Positions 27,287 through 30,502 of a stretch of 30,502 nt of DNA are shown piece by piece (the stretch's first letter is position 1; each line of letters opens with the position of its first letter). Source of the stretch: a virus. Lineage: Duplodnaviria; Caudoviricetes. The translations under genes and the position numbers were made by a program. The notes under the pieces were generated by a model. The model searched no databases, had not been told where the DNA came from, and saw only the letters and a list, made by a program, of their open reading frames with translations. The stretch covers positions 1-30,502 of the IMG/VR virus record IMGVR_UViG_3300009678_000119. One strand, written 5' to 3'.

Positions 27287-27315
27287 TTGTCGGTCAGCTA
27301 TCTAGTGTGAGCTAG

Positions 27316-27597
27316 TTAACCAACCGAGGTTGCTCCGTCGTCCTCACCACCACGCTTGTTGGCGACGACTTCATGCTTGATGCGCGTGAGGCCCTTGTCT
27401 GCGTAGTCGGGCGTGTCCATGAACTCGATGACCTTGCGAGCATCGCTGATGATACGCTCGACGTGCAGCTGTGCACCGGGCATGGTGTTGCCGTTGGCGT
27501 CGGTCACGCGGATGAAGAAGTGGAAGGTGCGCTTCTGCTGTGCGCGGTTCGGCTGCTTCTTCGCAGCGCTAGAGATGGAACGGGCTGGTGTAGCCAT
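27316..27597 (-). CDS. Small hypothetical protein with basic N-terminus
   Basis: GAGG SD; 93 aa; unknown function. Confidence 0.75.
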   Translation of the reverse strand: MATPARSISSAAKKQPNRAQQKRTFHFFIRVTDANGNTMPGAQLHVERIISDARKVIEFMDTPDYADKGLTRIKHEVVANKRGGEDDGATSVG

Positions 27598-27621
27598 AGT
27601 GATAATTCCTCATTGAGAGTT

Positions 27622-27647
27622 GCTAGGTGGCGTGATTGCCACCTAGC
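27622..27647 (-). terminator. Intergenic hairpin
   Basis: GCTAGGTGGC-gtgatt-GCCACCTAGC, a perfect 10-bp stem with no U-tract. Confidence 0.45.
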
Positions 27648-27652
27648 TGGAG

Positions 27653-27665
27653 TATACTCAGTATA
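27653..27665. repeat. Dispersed palindrome copy 7 (TATACTCAGTATA)
   Basis: Perfect core starting 3 nt after the minus-strand stop at 27668. Confidence 0.9.
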
Positions 27666-27667
27666 GC

Positions 27668-28075
27668 TCAGAGTGGCAACACCTTTGCAACTTCCGAGCG
27701 CGGGTTGCCTTCCAAGTCACGACCGATGCGGATGACAGCGCGGGCTTCCTTGCCAACGAAGTCATTCGGGTCGATTGTGGAAGACATCGGTGCGCCGAAG
27801 GCTTTGCATGTGTTCTTCATGCGCCACCTATCGGCGGGGATGTCGCGAGAGACGACGTTTAGCGTGAACGTCTGCTCCTCGACACCTTCACCGGGGTCGA
27901 AGTCAGCAGGGAACTCGCTGCGCGGCACTTGCAGCGTCAGCGTCAGCATCGGGTTGCCAGTGCTTGCAGCCATCTTGTCAACGGCAGCAGTGCAGATGCA
28001 CTTGTACTCACCTACGGGCAGCTGCGGAGGAGCTTCCGCATCTGCAATGTTGGTAGAGAAGGATAGTAAGGACAT
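27668..28075 (-). CDS. DUF669-like single-stranded DNA-binding protein (putative)
   Basis: LPVGEYKC...GNPMLTL...DFVGK pattern; adjacent to the Sak4-like ATPase; AGGAG SD. Confidence 0.65.
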   Translation of the reverse strand: MSLLSFSTNIADAEAPPQLPVGEYKCICTAAVDKMAASTGNPMLTLTLQVPRSEFPADFDPGEGVEEQTFTLNVVSRDIPADRWRMKNTCKAFGAPMSSTIDPNDFVGKEARAVIRIGRDLEGNPRSEVAKVLPL

Positions 28076-28183
28076 TGTGTCGTACTCCTGTTAAGTGGCT
28101 GTTGATGTTGGCATTCTACTGGCGAGCAAGCAAGCCACTAGTGCTTGATCAGTAGTATAGACCTACATACTATGGGTAGTAGG

Positions 28184-28966
28184 CTATTTCGGAATTGGGA
28201 GCTTCTTGTACCCGCTACTGACGTAGTTGTTCCACCAACCATCTACAGTGTCGCCTACGTCTGTGTTAGCGTTGTACTTCCACTCGAAGCTAGTGCTGCC
28301 TGACATGTCGAACATCCTACTCTTCATAGGAGAGCGGAAGCGTTCAGGGCGGATCGCGATGTAGCGCTTGCCAGCGTGGTCACGCATGTTCCACACTTCG
28401 CTTATATCTTTCGACGTGACATTAGGTAGTTGTCCACCGAGCATCATGTTGACACCAGTGACAGCGCCATCGTCGTTTGTCTCTGGCATCTTCTCGTGTG
28501 TGATGAAGATGATGTGTTTGTTGAGCATGCCGGTGATGCGGATCATGTTGGAGACAAACGCACCGACGTAGATGTTGCGCGTGCCGTAGCCAGCTAGACC
28601 GGGGTTCTCTAGCGTGGACTTCTTCATCATGTTGACTACTACTGCGTACTTGAGTGCGTGTTCGCTGAACTTGGTCAAGCTGTCGATGATCACAGTGTCG
28701 ATGTCGTTGAGCTTGCTATACAAGCCGAAGGGATCGGGTTTGATTGCTTCCTTGGTGATGTCTGTGCTTGTTTCATTAGCGAGATACATGCGTTGCCAGT
28801 CAGGCAGGTTGCGGATAGACATGTCGCCGTCAGGGTCTAGCATGATGAACAGTTTGTTGCCGGGTGCTGTTGCTGCGAGTGTTGTCTTGCCGCAGCCACT
28901 GTCGCCCCACAGGATCATTGAGAGGCGTGTGAGTGTGTCTGTGGGCTTCTCTATGCGGATGTCCAT
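28184..28966 (-). CDS. Sak4/AAA_24-like P-loop ATPase (single-strand annealing recombinase, putative)
   Basis: Walker A GDSGCGKTT, Walker B VIIDSLT, FITHEK, KSR; lies between nuclease and SSB. Confidence 0.8.
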   Translation of the reverse strand: MDIRIEKPTDTLTRLSMILWGDSGCGKTTLAATAPGNKLFIMLDPDGDMSIRNLPDWQRMYLANETSTDITKEAIKPDPFGLYSKLNDIDTVIIDSLTKFSEHALKYAVVVNMMKKSTLENPGLAGYGTRNIYVGAFVSNMIRITGMLNKHIIFITHEKMPETNDDGAVTGVNMMLGGQLPNVTSKDISEVWNMRDHAGKRYIAIRPERFRSPMKSRMFDMSGSTSFEWKYNANTDVGDTVDGWWNNYVSSGYKKLPIPK

Positions 28967-28986
28967 GTGTTGTCCTCTTGATTAAG

Positions 28987-28999
28987 TATACTCAGTATA
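28987..28999. repeat. Dispersed palindrome copy 8 (TATACTCAGTATA)
   Basis: Perfect core in the nuclease-ATPase intergenic gap. Confidence 0.9.
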
Positions 29000-29026
29000 A
29001 CTCATCTACAGTGTGATGCAACTCTA

Positions 29027-30097
29027 CTAGGGGCTGATAGTCTCCTCAATAGGCGACCAACGTGCTTCTATCATCTCGTGTTTGAAGATGTGTTCGCGCT
29101 GCTCACGTGTCTCAGTGCAGAAGGGGATGAATGAGCAGGAGCGGAAGTAGCGATTGCATGAGTGCGTGTACATGGGTGCGTTGGTGGGATCACCTTTGTA
29201 TTGATCAATGATAGTGAGTGTATGCATTAGCCACACAGCCCATTCAGCGTATGCACCACTATCGCGTGATGTTGGATAGCGCATGGTGCCATCGCCATAC
29301 ATGCTCGACTTAGGCACGGGGAGTTGTAGTCCCCACATAGTGCAGTTGTTGATCTCCATGTCGAGTAGGCATGACATGGCGGCGCAATAGGTTGTGACTT
29401 GATGTGAGGTGTCGAAGCTATTGCTCCATACCGTGTCGATGCGACTGCCGGTTTTGTTCTCATGTATCTCTGGTACTTTGCTACTAGGACGCAGTGTGTC
29501 ATAGCATATGCCATCAACACGGCCAATGAGACGAGTGAGTGGTGCGTCATCTGGATAGTAGAGAGTGACATCGAAGGGGACTTCTACGCCTATTACTTTG
29601 TCTGTCATGATCGGGATGAAGCGACCGAGTGGGTAGCGCTGTACGTAGTTGATGGCTGCGTTCTCTAGGTTGGACTGCGTGCGCTTGGTGTCACGTGGAT
29701 CGTCGTGATAGCCGCTAGTTTCGAGTAGGTTGAGACACATCTGCATGCAGCGTGTTTCTGCGTCTTCACTGCTGAAGTAGTAGCTCAGCGCTTGTTCCCA
29801 GCGATCAGGCACTGCAGATGTGGTGAACAACTTGCGAGCATAACCGTATACGAGATCACTGCCTACGTTGTCTAGTTTCGTGTTGATGTGTGTGAGCAAG
29901 TCGAAGAAGCGACAGCATGCGAACACATCGTGCATCGCACGGCCTGCTTCTAGTGGTAGTACGCGCTCCACGCCAGTTGGCAAGCGCTTGCCGTGGATGG
30001 AGTGGATGATGCCCCATCGTGGGCACGTGTTGACTGCTGTGAGTGTGGAGAAGTCAACCCACGGGAGTGATGTGTCAACGGTTGGCTTTATTATCAC
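29027..30097 (-). CDS. PD-(D/E)xK exonuclease, Cas4/AddB-like
   Basis: AAGGAGG SD with GTG start; CPR, G...H, GRVDG, ENKT, QVTTY and C-terminal C-x6-C-x5-C. Confidence 0.8.
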   Translation of the reverse strand: MIIKPTVDTSLPWVDFSTLTAVNTCPRWGIIHSIHGKRLPTGVERVLPLEAGRAMHDVFACCRFFDLLTHINTKLDNVGSDLVYGYARKLFTTSAVPDRWEQALSYYFSSEDAETRCMQMCLNLLETSGYHDDPRDTKRTQSNLENAAINYVQRYPLGRFIPIMTDKVIGVEVPFDVTLYYPDDAPLTRLIGRVDGICYDTLRPSSKVPEIHENKTGSRIDTVWSNSFDTSHQVTTYCAAMSCLLDMEINNCTMWGLQLPVPKSSMYGDGTMRYPTSRDSGAYAEWAVWLMHTLTIIDQYKGDPTNAPMYTHSCNRYFRSCSFIPFCTETREQREHIFKHEMIEARWSPIEETISP

Positions 30098-30254
30098 TGT
30101 CCACCTCCTTCACTAGTTGTGCGATGCGTTCATTCAGCAAGATGGTGACACACTGGTCGATGACTTGAAACCATGCTGGTGATGATGGCTGTTGATCTTT
30201 GAAGAACTCAGCTAGATCGACAGCTGCTTTGAGCCGTTGTTTGGGTGTTGCCAT
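30075..30254 (-). CDS. Small hypothetical protein (59 aa; not in ORF track)
   Basis: Hand translation MATPKQRLKAAVDLAEFF...DNKANR; fills the gap between neighbours. Confidence 0.6.
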   Translation of the reverse strand: MATPKQRLKAAVDLAEFFKDQQPSSPAWFQVIDQCVTILLNERIAQLVKEVDSDNKANR

Positions 30255-30256
30255 GA

Positions 30257-30502
30257 CTACTGCACGTCCTGTGATGCTTCATTATCAGGGTGAAAGCGCT
30301 TGCGGACCTGCTCCCAATCTTGTCGCAGCTTAGCGCCTACAGTTGCGATGTTGGCAACGATGTCTGCCATCTTATCGACAGTCGCTATGATCTGCTGCAT
30401 CTCCTGACGCAGCATCTCGTTGTCTTCAGCTAGCAGTTCAAGCGTCTTAACAACGCCTTTCTCCATGCCGAGTGTTTGGATTGTGTGACGTACATCGCGT
30501 GC
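30257..30502 (-). CDS. Coiled-coil hypothetical protein (probably 5'-truncated)
   Basis: The frame of the 30257..30466 ORF stays open to the window edge; heptad-like composition. Confidence 0.6.
   Translation of the reverse strand, partial: ARDVRHTIQTLGMEKGVVKTLELLAEDNEMLRQEMQQIIATVDKMADIVANIATVGAKLRQDWEQVRKRFHPDNEASQDVQ

Noticed and set aside
27258-27315. Plus-strand mini-ORF after GGAGGTGA (ATG 27271)
   Set aside because: The SD abuts the ATG with no spacer, the ATG is in the stem, and the peptide is only 14 aa, antisense to the operon.
29027-30097. CRISPR-Cas locus suggested by the Cas4-like gene and repeated palindromes
   Set aside because: No cas1/cas2 and no repeat-spacer array; the palindromes are 13 bp and kilobases apart.
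1-30502. Stop-codon reassignment
   Set aside because: Genes are full length and densely packed under the standard code, and TAA, TAG and TGA all end genes.

Overview
A 30.5 kb internal segment of a tailed dsDNA phage genome with podovirus-like organisation, cut by the window at both ends. The + strand (1-23183) is a virion operon: portal (5'-truncated), scaffold, major capsid, head/adaptor proteins, a nozzle-like tail protein, a tail fibre, a duplicated glycine-rich protein, small membrane genes, a GNAT acetyltransferase and four predicted ejection proteins. One ejection protein carries both lytic-transglycosylase-like and M15-peptidase-like domains. The - strand (23137-30502) converges on this operon and encodes replication/recombination genes: a family A DNA polymerase with an N-terminal family-4 UDG-like domain, a RecD-like helicase, a DUF669-like SSB, a Sak4-like ATPase and a Cas4/AddB-like nuclease. 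The strongest unexplained signal is a 13-bp palindrome, T(A/G)TACT(C/G)AGTA(T/C)A, found 8 times; five copies are intergenic, just after stop codons. Also notable: a degenerate UDG domain together with His at the PolA '762' position, a hairpin exposing an anti-Shine-Dalgarno loop, and several structured intergenic segments. All functional calls come from motif recognition and synteny by eye; no database searches were run.
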